A stretch of DNA of 64,000 nt, taken from Tubiluchus corallicola. Lineage: Eukaryota; Animalia; Priapulida. Positions 38,201-52,053 of this stretch are shown piece by piece (position 1 is the first letter of the stretch; the number at the start of each line of letters is the position of its first letter). A program made the translations under genes and the position numbers. The stretch is taken from assembly GCA_030141605.1 (NCBI GenBank), contig JAQGDQ010000172.1, forward strand, positions 381,695 to 445,694, in the 5' to 3' direction. The notes under the pieces are model-generated. The model worked only from the letters and a program-made list of their open reading frames with translations. It made no database searches and was not told the DNA's origin.

Positions 38201-39124
38201 CAGTATAACACGAAGAAGGGGCTTTTGACAATAAAATAATAAATTCAAGTATCGCGCGACTTTCCTGACATGTACAAGCATTGAATGCACTAACCTGTAA
38301 TGTCTTAAGAGCACTGGCTGGTTTAACTTGAAATGTTCTGTCGCGTGTATCAGTAATTTCATTGGCATAACCACGTGAATTACTAAAGCTTGAAATGTGT
38401 ATCATTCAAGATGAAACAAAGGGGACATTAAATGGGAATCTAGATGTTAATAAAAAACGCTAATCCTCGCTGTTGTTGCTGTTGTCATACTGCAGTATAT
38501 AAATATGGATTGCAGACACATTCCTTCTTTAATTACGTTACTAAAACTAATGTAGGTTACAAAGTGTCACTTCGTAAAGACAATACTGTCAAGTTTAACA
38601 ATATACAAAGTATTCAGAATAATGTAGATTGCGTTGTGCAAATAAACAGTATGAGCTTTTGTTAAGATTCTTACTAAACTATGTAAACTATTGAACTTGA
38701 GCACCCATTCGTTAGCACAGGTCACCAAAGCTAAATCATTTTAATGCAATTTCGATTGTTTTCCCAATGCTGATTTTATCTGTTTTTATTTTGCAAAATA
38801 AATATCACATAATAATTATAGGTCCTTTATTATTTATTTAATCCATATAGAATCTGTAGCATATGAGTAATTAACTTGATCCAATCTTCATCAAATTACT
38901 AGACCTTCTTTCTTATTTTTCATACGCCAAAGATTCCGATTCTAAAACAACCGAATTTTTATTTTCATATATTCGCAAATCTCAGTTAATTTGTTTAGTT
39001 TTTTACGACTTCGTGTCAAGTTTTCTGGAACATTTTTAAGAACAAAGTCTTTCCAGCGCGTTTTTTGTAACAATTAATCTCTGCTACCTGTCTACCTAAT
39101 TACCAACCTACTTATCTACCTGCC

Positions 39125-39245
<121 letters not shown>

Positions 39246-42200
39246 TGTTGTGCCTGCCAATTTGTTTACACCCAAAGCGACTAACACCGGCAGCGATGAT
39301 AACCTTCTACATTTAATAACAACAAGCATAATAAAAAATATGCTTTACCAAATAAGATACTGTGCAGCGGCTGTGCACGTGAGCCAAGAAGTGTTCACCT
39401 GGGGCCTTCGTGCAGGTGCATTTGCAGCCTGCACTTCATTAGTAAATGAGAACTTACTCGAATAGCACATTGTCACCCTTTGTGAATCGGCAAAAACTTG
39501 ATTCGTTCAATTAATTTTCTACAATAGTAACTTTCTTGGCTCTATTGAATTTGTTGTTGATTAATTGTAATACATGTCATTACTAAAACTCATAACTGCA
39601 TATCCATAGATCTTGTAGCGTATGAGTTATTGACTGTAGACTGCTCTGCCTAAAAATGATACCTTTCTACTGTTTATGTTCCTGTTAAAGATTTTAAATG
39701 TGCTGAAATACACCTTCAAAAATTTAATTAAACATAAGCTGAATTAGCCCTGTCGGGTACAATTGCCTTACTGCATGAATCTAATCTGTAACACAAACAA
39801 AATTTTAATTAGATCTTAAGAATTTTATGTAGGGAAGTATAATAACTAAAACTATGCAAATAAACTATTGAAAGTACAGGTGATAGCTAAAATGATACGT
39901 TGCTTAATAACAATAACTGACAAAGTTGTTATTGTTAACATTAAAAAATTCTAGTAAAATTCTTAACCTTTTCTACTCGTTTCATCTTCGTGTATGAATG
40001 TTTTAATATTGGTATCTGTAACGCCAATTAAATGCTTCAAATAGCTTATAATTTAAATTACGATGTTTTAAATAATTTATTATAACAAAATTTGCTAAAG
40101 AGGAAGAAAAAGGAATTTCGAAGCATATCCAAAAAAATTTCAATACAAAGTTATATTACTTAGCATTAGCATTATGCTTACCTGTTTAAAATGGCAAAAA
40201 ATCTTAATAATTGAATATGTTCGTGTCAACTGGTAAAACGGAACTCTGTTACCATCCCAGTGTGCAACACTGCCTCAAGAAAAAAACACTATTGAGCTTA
40301 CTGACAAAATAAAGTAATTTAAACTTTTGCTTAGTTACCAGAGAGTGTGCTACGGATTCTCTGATCACTTTTTTTAAAACTTTATGCAATGTTACCTAAA
40401 CTTTCAAACGTCAAAATGGCTGCACCTAACGGTCATCGCAGGAGTTTAAATTTACATATTTTATACAGCGTTCGCTGCTAAAGTAAAGCCCTGTATGCAA
40501 TAAAATAGCACGCAAGTGATACAAAAGGTTCAAGGGTGAGTTTTATTTATGAAGAGCGTTTTCTGTGATTTAAGCATTCTTGCACAAGTTTTGTTATTTT
40601 AATTAAGCTTCCTCCGACTGAAAGGAACTTTTAATCTCAAGTATTTTATACGTCTGACCCAAGACCAGACAGCAATTCTTCCATGAATCTCAGTCAGCAG
40701 CTGCATTTTGTAAGCGGAAATTATCGCGGCTTTTTCCATAATCACATCTATATTATTACCTGCTGCTTTTTATGTTAATGTGGTTGTTTTTCATTAGATG
40801 GCGAGCATCTCTACGCTTTTAATACGCCGTCTTTTCATTGCACAGTAATCTCTCATGTAGGCATCGCACAAATCACGTTTCTCTAGGGAACGACGACCAT
40901 ATTTCCAGCTGTCGCTTATAGTCCATTCGAGTTGTAGTAAACGCATCAAGCCCGTCAGTAGAGTAATTGCACATTTATATCAAAACAAGTCAGAGATTAG
41001 TCTTCGACGAGTCACTTAGGAGGATAAATAATGACGCACATGTACAGTTAACCCTGCAGCAGCCGATTTTAGTAAATGTACCTATAATTAATGAGGTATA
41101 CCTTTAGGCAGTACTTCACTCTACAAATCAATTTTCATTTTTAATCCTAATTTAATATTTCGTATCTTTAGCAAAATTAACACTCATGGATTTTGAGGAT
41201 GCCTTCTTAAAAAATAACATCACAGCGTACTAGTGACATTAGTGCCAAATGCTACATCTGCTGTCTATGCTAATGCCAATAGCAATAACAAGTCACTAGT
41301 CTTGATCAAGTAATAATGCTGATTGCGTAAATTTTCCTATAATTCATTTCCTTTTTGTAAGCCCGGATCCAGCACTCAATGGCAGTGTCTTCTTACTGGC
41401 GACCCGAATTTAGTTAATTGTAAACGATAATGCTGTAGGATAAGATACTAAACGTGCGGAGGTGACTTCAGCAGATAGCGTTGCTCGAGCAGGTAGGCAT
41501 CTTTGGCAGATAAAAGACGAAACCACCAAGAAGTAGTTTTCCTGGCCATGTACTCCCCAATCAACTTCATGACTAGACTCCCTGTTGCTTAGCTTTGGTC
41601 ACTAAGCTCACGCTATGACCATATAGCAAAAGTTCTTAAAGAAATTTTAGTGCAATTTAATTTCTTACAAGACAACGATCATCTTCTACTGCGTCTTTTG
41701 TATACTACTGCAAACTCTATCATATCCAACTCTAATTACATCTTTCAGTTGCACCGTTTCAGAGAGCCAAGCTGTGATAATTTGCCAATTTGACCTAACG
41801 CTAATCATTGCTATTTAGACTAATCATTACTTCTCGGTGCTGCTATTTTTATTTGACACTTTAGTGTGTTAGCTAGTTCTTTTCGCATTAGAATTCCGGC
41901 TAAAACAAATACAGGATACTTAAATTCTATTCCTTGTTTCTAATGGGATGGGAATACTTCCTAACAGAATAAGAAGAGTTTGCGAAACCAATAGAGAAAC
42001 TTAAAATTTGTTTCTCTAGAGAGAATTAGAAATCTTCGCCTTTTGTGGCTTTTTGCGAAGAACTTGCTCAAACTCAGATATCGTTATCAATTGAAGATTT
42101 TAAAGCACTCTTTAACCGAACAATCTGTGTCGACTAATAGAGACGGATTTTCGATCCGCCATTTTTAAATCAAGAAGGCGGCAATAATTTTCGAAAATGC

Positions 42201-42780
42201 CTAAAGCTATGTGAATCCACAATGGATCGTCATTTTCTTAGTCGCAGGCTTTTTTTCGAAAATAATGATGTTACCGTTCCCTTGAATTAAAAATCGGATT
42301 AAAAATCTGTCTGTTGATGCAAAATTAGTTTTACTATAATCTTCTGAAGTTTCAAAACAACCCATTGGTAATGTATGGAACACTTGGCTTTTTAAAAGGT
42401 TATTACTAGGGTGTGTGGTTGTCTAATCATTATAATTATTATACGTCTGCCAATGAAGTGAAAAACTTAAGGCATTTATTAACCATTGATTATTAAGAAG
42501 AGAAAGATGGCGAAGCAACGTCGCCTTTTTTGCACCAAAAGCATAATCTAGCTCGAAACTCTTCCTCCTGTAGGTACGCCGCCGAAAAACCATCTTCGTC
42601 AGTCATTGTACAGCTCAGCACTTAGGCAAAAGTATCACATATATAACTTTAAAAATTTAAAAAGTTTCATATAATAAGGGTAAACGTATGTAACAATACG
42701 ATTACTCTACTAGAAGTATGTGCGAATCATAGTATACCATACTTTGACATAGTATTACTCAAGAGTAAGTACAGTTCTAA

Positions 42781-42975
42781 TGGCGCGTTCAGACGTAGAG
42801 ACTTCTCTCACAACTTGTTGCAAAACTTCTCTCTGAGAGAAATTGCCAAGCCGTTCACACGTTGCAACAAGTTGCGAGAGAAGTTGCCAACCGTGCACGC
42901 CTTGCAACTTTACTCTCTCTCAGAGAGAAGTTGCCCAACAAGTTGCGAGAGAAGTCTCTGCGTCTGAACGCGCCA
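42781..42975. mobile_element. PIF/Harbinger (Tourist-like) palindromic MITE
   Basis: TIRs TGGCGCGTTCAGACG / CGTCTGAACGCGCCA, flanked by TAA on both sides; near-complete hairpin. Confidence 0.88.
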
Positions 42976-45900
42976 TAACTCTATTCATAGATAGAGTTTT
43001 AACTTGTAGCAGTGTTCTTGTGAGTAGTGTTGTAAATAGTGATTATTTGTTTTATTCAGAATTATATAAAAATTCGTTAAACCTAATATTTTTAAAGTTA
43101 TGTAAATAGTAATTGTTCATGTTTCTTGTATTGTATTGTATCAGAAGAGAATGTCCTTAGGACTGCAAAATATGCTTATAAGATTTTTAGAATGAGGCAA
43201 AACAAGATATATATTTAATACATGACTTGTCCATTCAGGTATATGTTAAAATTCCATATTATATATTTTCTTTTATTTGATATTCTATGTAAATGAACTG
43301 CACAGTTATTATGTGATAAATTTTCATGAAATTGACTTGTAAGCCCAAGTGGGCTGGAAACAGCTTTAATAACATTTTACAGTATTAATTAACACATGAA
43401 TTATTACATTGTTATTATCATATGTTTATGTCAATAAAGATATTCAATCAATCAATCAATCAAAACTAACTGTTACTGTTATGTATTATATTGTGTTGTA
43501 TACTTACAGTTATTATATTTGCTTTAGTTGCTATCAAAACGTCGCTATCAAAAGAAATGAAACTGCCTGATTGCTGCTTAGCCTAATAGTTTATTTATTT
43601 TTATTTAAAGTTATTTCAGCACATAAAAATGCTATATAAAAAGTTAAAATTTACACTAAAAGCTGAGAAACACTACATTGCAGTATTAAAAAAACTACAA
43701 ATATATACAAAAATATAATAAAAGTATATACAGAATTTAAAACTACCAACTACCTAGCAACCAAACGTAAACATTCTTCTGTGTATTCATGTTTTACAGG
43801 TGCCTGTAAAGATTTCAATAGGGTTAGTAACCGTATTCTCTTTAACAATTACTTTAGGATAGTTAGGTTACTTAATTGATGGAACTAATTACATTGAGAA
43901 AAGCACAGGCAAAATTGTCGTTCTTGCATATGTGTACTAAATTTTTTAATGTGGTGAAATAAATGTGCCATTTCACCATTTTATTCTTTCGTTTTTTTTC
44001 AGATGTTTTGTGTTGTATGTCAAACAACACAACAGCTACACAACAACACAAGTCGAACTTGCTACAGTTATTACGTACGTACCACATTAGTAAATATATT
44101 TGTCTTGCAGTAATGGTACATTTCACTAATTTCGTTTCTCTGTGAGTGACAGTTCGTCGGATGTGACCACTAGTCAGTGATCTACAATTTATGGCAGAAA
44201 CGCCTTGGAAAATTTTCTTTGTCTTCTCCAGTAGTCAGTAGCTAACGACTGGAACAATGGGGACAAAATTCACACAAATACTGGTAGGGAGCCAAATTCA
44301 CTAAAGGTGTGTAGTAACCCAACGGGTGTAGTGTACTCTTAGTTTTCCTCAGACTGTAATACTGAACAACAAAACAAACTTAAGGTTCGTTAAGACGCGA
44401 ACAAATATGAGTTAAGCGGAAGTCAAAGCCTACTTTGGCCTACTAACGGGGCGCCTAACCTGTGAACCAAATTTGTGACAATTTACAAATTCCTCTTGTA
44501 ACAAACGCTAGATTTTGTCTCACTGTTTATTTTAGCAGCTCTTGAAATATAATTACTCCATTTAAATGTTTCACTTTATCATGTGCTGAAGTGAAATAAA
44601 CGATGATAATAATTAAGTAGTACACTACAATCCGTATGCCATTATCATTTTTACAACTAAAGTGTTTATGGTGCGTTAGCAAGCAGCAGCTAAAAACATT
44701 TTACAACATTTTTATAAATAAAGTGTTTGTGGTGTATTAGCAAGCAGTAGGTAAAGTAACATGCAGCTTGCAAAAATGAAACGAAATAATTATGTTGTTT
44801 CCTTTAAAAGCCTTTTCTCTTTAACAATATCGTGTCACGGAAATGTATTGGCTTGTATTAAACTATCACTTATTATCCTATGGTTGCCCAGACATAAAAT
44901 ATAAATGTCCAATTTTGAAAGCGATTTTGTCTACGCAAAGATGCTTTCGAATTTGAATATCTATAGACTTTCATGTCCTTGGCGACTGACACGGTCACAT
45001 GTCAAAACCATCGCCTTTTATTGGTTATGAGGCTTCGACGAAACCATTTATCTGGACAGCCAGCTTGCATTTGCATTATTGAACTGTCTTTGGTGACTGC
45101 AGTAAATTTAACTTGGGCAAGGAATATGCTATAACCAAGGCGTCTGTTAATCTAGTAGCTACTTAGTTAGCTAATTATGTAGCCCTGCAATGTAATGAAA
45201 TAAACAGATAGTGATTGATGAGGATAATGATTTATTGACCCGAGAGATTCTGGGGTACTTACTTAAAGCAGTAATCATCACAGGCTTACTGAAAGCCAGC
45301 AGTCCTGATGGACTATGTGCGTCAAAAATCTGCAGTGCATTAGGGCCTACATCTTAATTCACTGCATGACTTTGAAGTAATTGTAAAAGGACCTCGAATG
45401 GTTGTTCGTCCATTAAGACATTTTTATAAATACTGTTTCAAATAGTATTTTTTCGGGAAAACTTAGAATAAAAAATAAGTATATAGCTTTGATTAAGTAA
45501 CTTGCGCACAAAACGTAGTTAAATGCTTAAGCAGCAAAATTGCTTAAATTTTATTCATACTCTTGGTACATCAAATAACAATAATTATTCATATATATGA
45601 CATTTATAATATGTGATAAACGACAGCGCCCCAGACTTGAAGGTGCCGTAGTATCCCATTTATTAATAATGCATGTAGATATAACGACTGTTATAACTGG
45701 TTATAACGATTGTTGAAATGGATTTGCTAAAATGGCAATAAACGCAACAGTAACAAAATGCAGAAAAAATATCAAAGTAACGAACAATAAACAGCACAAG
45801 AGATATAGATTGCATGTTTAAAAATACAACATTTCGACTTAATTATATCAGAATTATTATGATATATATTATGAATAAGATATTCTATGATTCTTCTTAT

Positions 45901-46739
45901 AATATGATTTTTCAATAACTTAACAAGAAGTCATTTACTACCAATTATTTGTAATCATCCATTCCATAGAAAAGAGTTCAGACAGTGCGTTTGTCTTAAT
46001 AGATTCAATTAGTTGTATGTTGACATGTTGCTTCATTTGGCAAAAAAGTAAGCGATTGTCTCTAATGTTGCATTTCCTTCCGAGTTTTCAGTTTACTTTC
46101 CCGTTTAACGCTCAAAGGAAGTATTTGGTTATGTTCCGACTGTCTAATCTCATTTTTCATTAATAGAATTATTTGCATGGAGAACATAGAGGGTTTTTTC
46201 TACTTCTGAACAAATACAGATAGAGAAGTAAATAATCTACCGATGTGTTTCGTTTCGTTGCAACATTGTAAACTTTTGACTTCTTGTTTATTATTATAGA
46301 ACGCACTTTGAGCAAAAAAACCTAGCTGTCCAAGTTGTTAAGGATTTTAAGGAGAAAAATCAGGAATGTCAAAACTTCTTGGAATTTAATTAAAACTCTC
46401 AACTGTCATTTGACGGCAGTTAATTGTGGAAATGTTGGCCCATCTGTGTGGCATTTCACTAAAATTCTTAAAGCAAGCAATGGTTGTTCAAAAGAGTATT
46501 CTGGGCGCCTTAACAGTTTGTACATAGTGTCCAATAAGTTTATATCCAAGTTTTAAGTTTATTAGAGAATGTCCAAATCGAAAATGACACTGCCACGTTT
46601 TGTAAACCCTTAAATTTATCTTTAGCTTTGTTTTCAGTTTCAACTTTATGCACGACTTTTAGCTGCTGAGTTTAGTGACTAAACTGTTCACTAAACAGCA
46701 TAAACAGCAGGTAATACTATGCCACTAATACTGCGCATT

Positions 46740-47040
46740 GAATAACACTGTGATACCGGTTGTACCAACTTAAATGCCTCGGCCATACCATCTGCAACGA
46801 TTTGAAAAATAATGAAGATATCGTGAACGAAACGCACTTATTCTATGTCCGTATTAATATTTTAATAAGGAAGCTTAATAATTGCTCTGCTAATGTTAAA
46901 TCCTGTCTCTTCAAAATTAAGTGTTGTACCTTCCATTGTTTTTCACTGTGGGTTAATTTTGAATATGTTCTAGAGAAACTTAGGGTGTCATAAAACAATC
47001 GTATAACGGAATTTTTTAAACTTAAATGTGATTGCTTACA
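46740..47040 (+). mobile_element. LINE (L2/Crack-like) RT C-terminal fragment
   Basis: LKCLGHTICNDLKNNEDI...FYVRINILIRK...VKSCLFK. Confidence 0.7.
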
Positions 47041-48877
47041 GTGGTGGCTCGTAGCTAAAATTAGTGGGAGTGCTGCTTCAGAAAAATTTTAGCCATTGTT
47101 TTAATACTGTGCAAAACGTAACAAATATACGTAATTTTAATGTTGCAGTTATATTTGTAGATCGGGTGTTGAACGACCTCTTTTCTTAACTGCAACTTTC
47201 TCGTGGAGAGACAACTGTGAAAAATTAAGCTGTTGTAGCTCACTTACAGTCACAGAACCTATTTCTTGGGGATACAAGGCGTACATCTATACTCTTATAT
47301 TAATATTCTTGGTATATATATATATATAAGATTCGAGGCTACAGCTTCGACGAGGGCACCATTTGCGACGATCTATACATCAAACGAAAGGTCTCGATCT
47401 AGTGTCGTCTCATTGGGGGTTTATTTTTCGAATCGGGCCCACCGGGAGGAACGCCTTAGAAAACTGCCGACGCAAAGGCATTGTGCTGACGTCATCCATT
47501 ATTGCTTATAACTTTAATTCAGCAAAAAACTGCTTTGCGTTAGGTAAGTAAACAAACAGTAGGCAGGATGTTACGGGCTTTGTGTTATAAATGAGGACTA
47601 GGTAGAATGTTCGCGTATTATTGACTATACGTGGTTTTTTACGCAAAATCTTTTGCGGGGCCTTTGCTAGTTATTAAATAATTTATGATTTAAGCGCACA
47701 CCCTAGGTTTACACTTTATCACATCCAAGAATATGACAGTACACGGTACACACGTGTGGCAATTGTTACTGTGTTAGAGACAGTACTTTTCTACCTAGCA
47801 GCAGACGCTAGCGTACAGCGTGTAATCTTAGACATGTGCGCATGGCCGCATTTGCACAACAGCCAAACACCACGTTGCTTGGGCTGAGAAGCAAATTGTA
47901 CTTCCGTCACGTGGGCCGGTTTAAAAAAAGAACTCAAGAGAAAAGTCTTATTATATTGAATATTGTCGATAATAATGAGTGAAAACTGGGGGTGCTCCAG
48001 TACCACAATACCTATACACGAGCCGCCACTGATTGCAGTGTATCTCAAATGTGTATGTTTTTTGTGTGTGTGGACGTCCTTCTTATCTGGCGTGGGTAGC
48101 TTTTAATATTTGTTGTTGTTGTTGTTGCATATATTTGGTAGAGTTAGTTTTTTATGTGTTTGTCACAGTTTGTGAGGTAATTTATCTTTTTAGTGTATTA
48201 TAATTATGGCAACTTTAATGCTGAAATAAAAAGTGAATTGAATTGAATTGTTCTCATCCGTTAGATGTCCATTTCGTTTTTACCAAGATCCTTATGGGTC
48301 ATAATGAGTGCTCGATTATTCAGTTATTTCTGTATTATTTAATAAGTTTATGAATTATTAAGAAAGCTAAGAAATTCGTATAAATGAAATAGACGTGGTC
48401 TGGCAACCACTTATGATCAACGAGTGTATTAGTAGTTCTAATTAATATTAATTGTTTTTTTGCAATTTTTTTTGAAAATTTGCGCTTAATTAAGTATGAT
48501 TAACGTCAAGTATTGTGCTGACTTTGTATAGTTTAGCGTTAAAAAGTCTAATGTTTACCGTTGCTTTTATTCTTAGCAATTTCATTTTCATCATCTCCTA
48601 AACAATATTCGAAATGCTTTTGTTTATATTTTATTTTGATACGTACCGGTCTATTATTTATCTTGCAACTGTTGTTGGTTTGATTAGTTCTTTGGTTGGT
48701 TCGGTAGTTAGGTGTTTAGTAGCCTGGAAAGTTTCAACTAGCTAATCAGTTAGCCGATCATTATTTAGTTGCTTGTTCATTGCGCTATTTCCAAATATCA
48801 TTCCCAGCATTTAGCCGCTTTGCACGGAATGACAACCTCGTGTCTGGCCCCATTAACAACCTGATTAAGTAACACCT

Positions 48878-49110
48878 ATAGGAAGGAGTTTACAATTCCC
48901 CACACAATTTAAATACACTAACCCTAACCCAACCCTCATCCTGACCCCAACCCTAACCCTAACCCTAATCCTAGCCCTAACCCTATCCCAACCCTGACCC
49001 TGACCCTGACCCTGACCCTGATCCTAACCCTAACCCTAACGCTAACTCCATCCCTAATCTACTTCACGAACTAATTTCTTGTATGCGGGGATTTGTAAAC
49101 TTTAACCTAT
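48878..49110. mobile_element. Short inverted-repeat element enclosing degenerate (CCCTAA)n telomere-like repeats
   Basis: Arms gtttacaattcccc / ggggatttgtaaac. A related copy at ~53793-53890 shares ccctaatc-acttcacgaactaatttcttg. Confidence 0.75.
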
Positions 49111-49599
49111 CCATAAAACCGGCCTGGGAGAAAAGCGGAATAAATTCTTCTTAGGAAGGTGAAACGTGTACTAACTTCAAATTTTACAAGGTTGTAGAAG
49201 AGGATAATGTCGACAAATATGCAAACTTTGAAGCTTTTGCTTCAGAAGTTATAGTTCTGAATTTGCATTCCACATCAGCGAAACGCTATACAGAGTGTTG
49301 AACAGCACCAAATGTGGTATGATCATGAATGGCTTCGATGCAGCTAATTGTTACTTACAGGAAGGTTTTTGTCAAGATTTTGTTTAAAATGCGAAGTCAC
49401 CTATTTAAACTCTCGTTGCACTTCCGGTATATAGCGGAAATTCATGGCGCTAACGGAAAACTAGTCGTTAAGAGATGATGTAGCGCTACTGAATGCAATT
49501 TTTCAAAAGTGCCAGAGTTTTGTATCTTATTCCGCGAAAATCTAGATGAATCTTTCAGGAAAAGCAAGCTCGGTGACTTAAAAGAGTATTACGATACCC

Positions 49600-50595
49600 G
49601 TTGGGTTAAGTGACTGTTCGGTTGTAAATGTTACGCGTTCAAATACCCTGAGGTCTTCATGTAAGCCTCCCTTAACCGAACAGACCGGCGGCCTTCACGT
49701 AAATTCACTTAACCAAGCAGATAGACTGCCGTTTACGTAACCCTAACTTACACGGCGGACTAGTCTATATATAATTTAATTTGAATTTATTTCACATCAC
49801 ATACAAACAATAAAGACAAACGTTCATATAATACAAATGTTTACATAAAAATCATCAAATCAATGATGTGGGGAGACGCTGAGAGCCAAAATTACCTACT
49901 TATAAGCGCCTATCCAAAAGTAAAAATCTATTTATGTCTACAGCATCTAATCTAGTTTTGAAAAGTTTTGTGGTCTGCGCTGTTACAAGTGGAAATCCAT
50001 TTACTTGTGCGGGTTAGCTATTCCAGATAGGGACAACCCCGTTCGAAAAAGTCGCCAAAACCTTTTTTCAGTACGTCTAACAAAGAGTTTGAGTGAATGG
50101 TTACTTTTGGTTTTGTTGGCAATTGCTTTAATAAAAAATTTTTTTAACCGAAGAGACTGACGAGTCTTTACGTCTTTAGGTCTTGATAGATTTTCGCGTA
50201 AAGCTCACTTAACAAAACTGATTTACAGATCTTACCTCGCTTAACCAAAGAGACGCGTAGGTCTTTATGTAAGCCTCGCTTAACTGAACAGACTGACAGG
50301 TCTATTCGTCTGGAGTCTCACGATATCTGTTTGGTTAAGTAAAAGCTCGGTTGTAAATATTGCTTAATCAATACTGAGGTCTTCCCTCAAACTTTGCTTA
50401 CACAACAAACTGGCAAGTCTTCGTGTAAAATTCGTTTAACCTTACAGTGTTACAGATCTTCACGTAAACATCGCTTAACCGAACGGACTGAATGGTTTTT
50501 AGCTAAACTTGGCTTAACCAAACAGACTGACAAGTCTTCACGTGAATTTCGTTTAACAAAATAGAGTGACAATTCTTTATCTGATTTCGCTTACG
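49600..50595. repeat. Degenerate ~39-40-bp minisatellite interrupted by a LINE 3' end
   Basis: Unit approximately cttaaccgaacagactgacaagtcttcacgtaaacctcg, in >10 diverged copies. Confidence 0.75.
49775..50140 (-). mobile_element. CR1-like LINE 3' end inserted in the minisatellite
   Basis: Minus-strand FSNGVVPIWNS*P motif at ~50010-50050. Confidence 0.6.
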
Positions 50596-50823
50596 TCCTA
50601 TTTTAAGTCCTATTTACACCGTGCGCTTCTAATGCATGAATCAGACGCATACGTTCCGATTCTGACGCATGGTAAGCAGAACGCAAAAAGGAAGGTGGAA
50701 GGAGGAAAGAAACAGTGTCAACGCAGGCATCACTGTGAACTTAAACCTGCAAAGTAAACTGGCAACAGTGACATCGATTAAACAAGATCGCCATGTGGGA
50801 TTTGGCTTTATTGATTTTTGAAG

Positions 50824-50824
<1 letters not shown>

Positions 50825-50858
<34 letters not shown>

Positions 50859-50891
50859 CGCGCGTGCGCGCGTGCGTGCGTGCGTGCGTGC

Positions 50892-50938
<47 letters not shown>
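50825..50938. repeat. (GT)n/(GCGT)n microsatellite
   Basis: Direct inspection. Confidence 0.97.
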
Positions 50939-50942
<4 letters not shown>

Positions 50943-51599
50943 GTAAATCATTCAATATGTTTAATAAAGTAAATATCATTTTGATTTAAATCGATTATTT
51001 AGATCATTTAAATTAACACTTTTAAATAATGTCTTTTAATAATGCGAATTTTCATTTGGATGATGCAAAGAACGCATTCGTCTTGGACCCCCGTCTAGGA
51101 CGCACTGTGTAAACAGGCTCTTACGTGGACTAGTCATATCAGACTAAATATGATATAATGCTATTTGTATCCACTTTAACCTTTTAGAATAATTATCACA
51201 CAGTCAATATGCATATAATGTGACCACATCAAAAATGCATGATTCGGCATGGTAGTTGACTGCATACCAATATTCCATTATAGGAAAATTAACCTCATCA
51301 AGAAATCAAACAATTACAAACTGAGTGCTCGGAGCTTTGTGTTGCAGCATATTATTATTCAGAAATGGTACATTATATTGATTTGAGTTGGATTAATTTG
51401 CAATTGTAGTAAGAGGATTCATTGTCCGTTGCCACTAGTTACTTGTATTGTGTTGATGAAAAATAAACAAAATGTGAGTTCATATGTAGTCTGAGCAATT
51501 TATTATTGCCCTAAAAACGAAAATTAAATAACCGCTGTAAATGTTGAATTTTAAACTGTTTTAGATTTATTAATTTAAAAGAATCTTTACGTAGGACTA

Positions 51600-52053
51600 G
51601 CGGTGATCAGCAGTTACCATGCTTTACCGGTTTTCGGGGCTTAACTGGACCTCCACATGGCTACCCAATAGCTAAGATGTGAAACTATTCTTGTGAAATA
51701 GTTTTTCACCTGCTTGATGTTTCGGTCCAATCGTATCATAAGAAGTGTTGCTTTTCGTTAGATGACTGGAATGATGTCGACATCTTGAAACGTTGTGCTT
51801 TGCAACTAGATGAGCATGGCTCGTATGTTTTATGTGCAGTCTTTTCGATTGGCTAGCTAATTGCTTCAACTGACCCTTGATACGTTCATTACCTTTAAAG
51901 GATTCTATTCAGCTTGGAAGGAGTATAGTGCCACTGCTGGGGTAATGGCAGCATAGCAGAATAGTCAGCTAACAGCTTGAGTATAGGGGCGCCACGTGAA
52001 GGGTTCGGTTAAGCTCCGAAACACAGAAAAACATGGTAACTGCTGATGACCGC
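51600..52053. mobile_element. ~455-bp element with ~90-bp imperfect terminal inverted repeats
   Basis: gcggtgatcagcagttaccatg ... catggtaactgctgatgaccgc. Confidence 0.7.

Noticed and set aside
48918-49060. True telomere or chromosome fusion site
   Set aside because: Short, degenerate, single orientation and embedded in a repeated element.
49600-50595. CRISPR-like periodicity
   Set aside because: Whole units are homologous with no unique spacers, there are no cas genes, and the context is eukaryotic.
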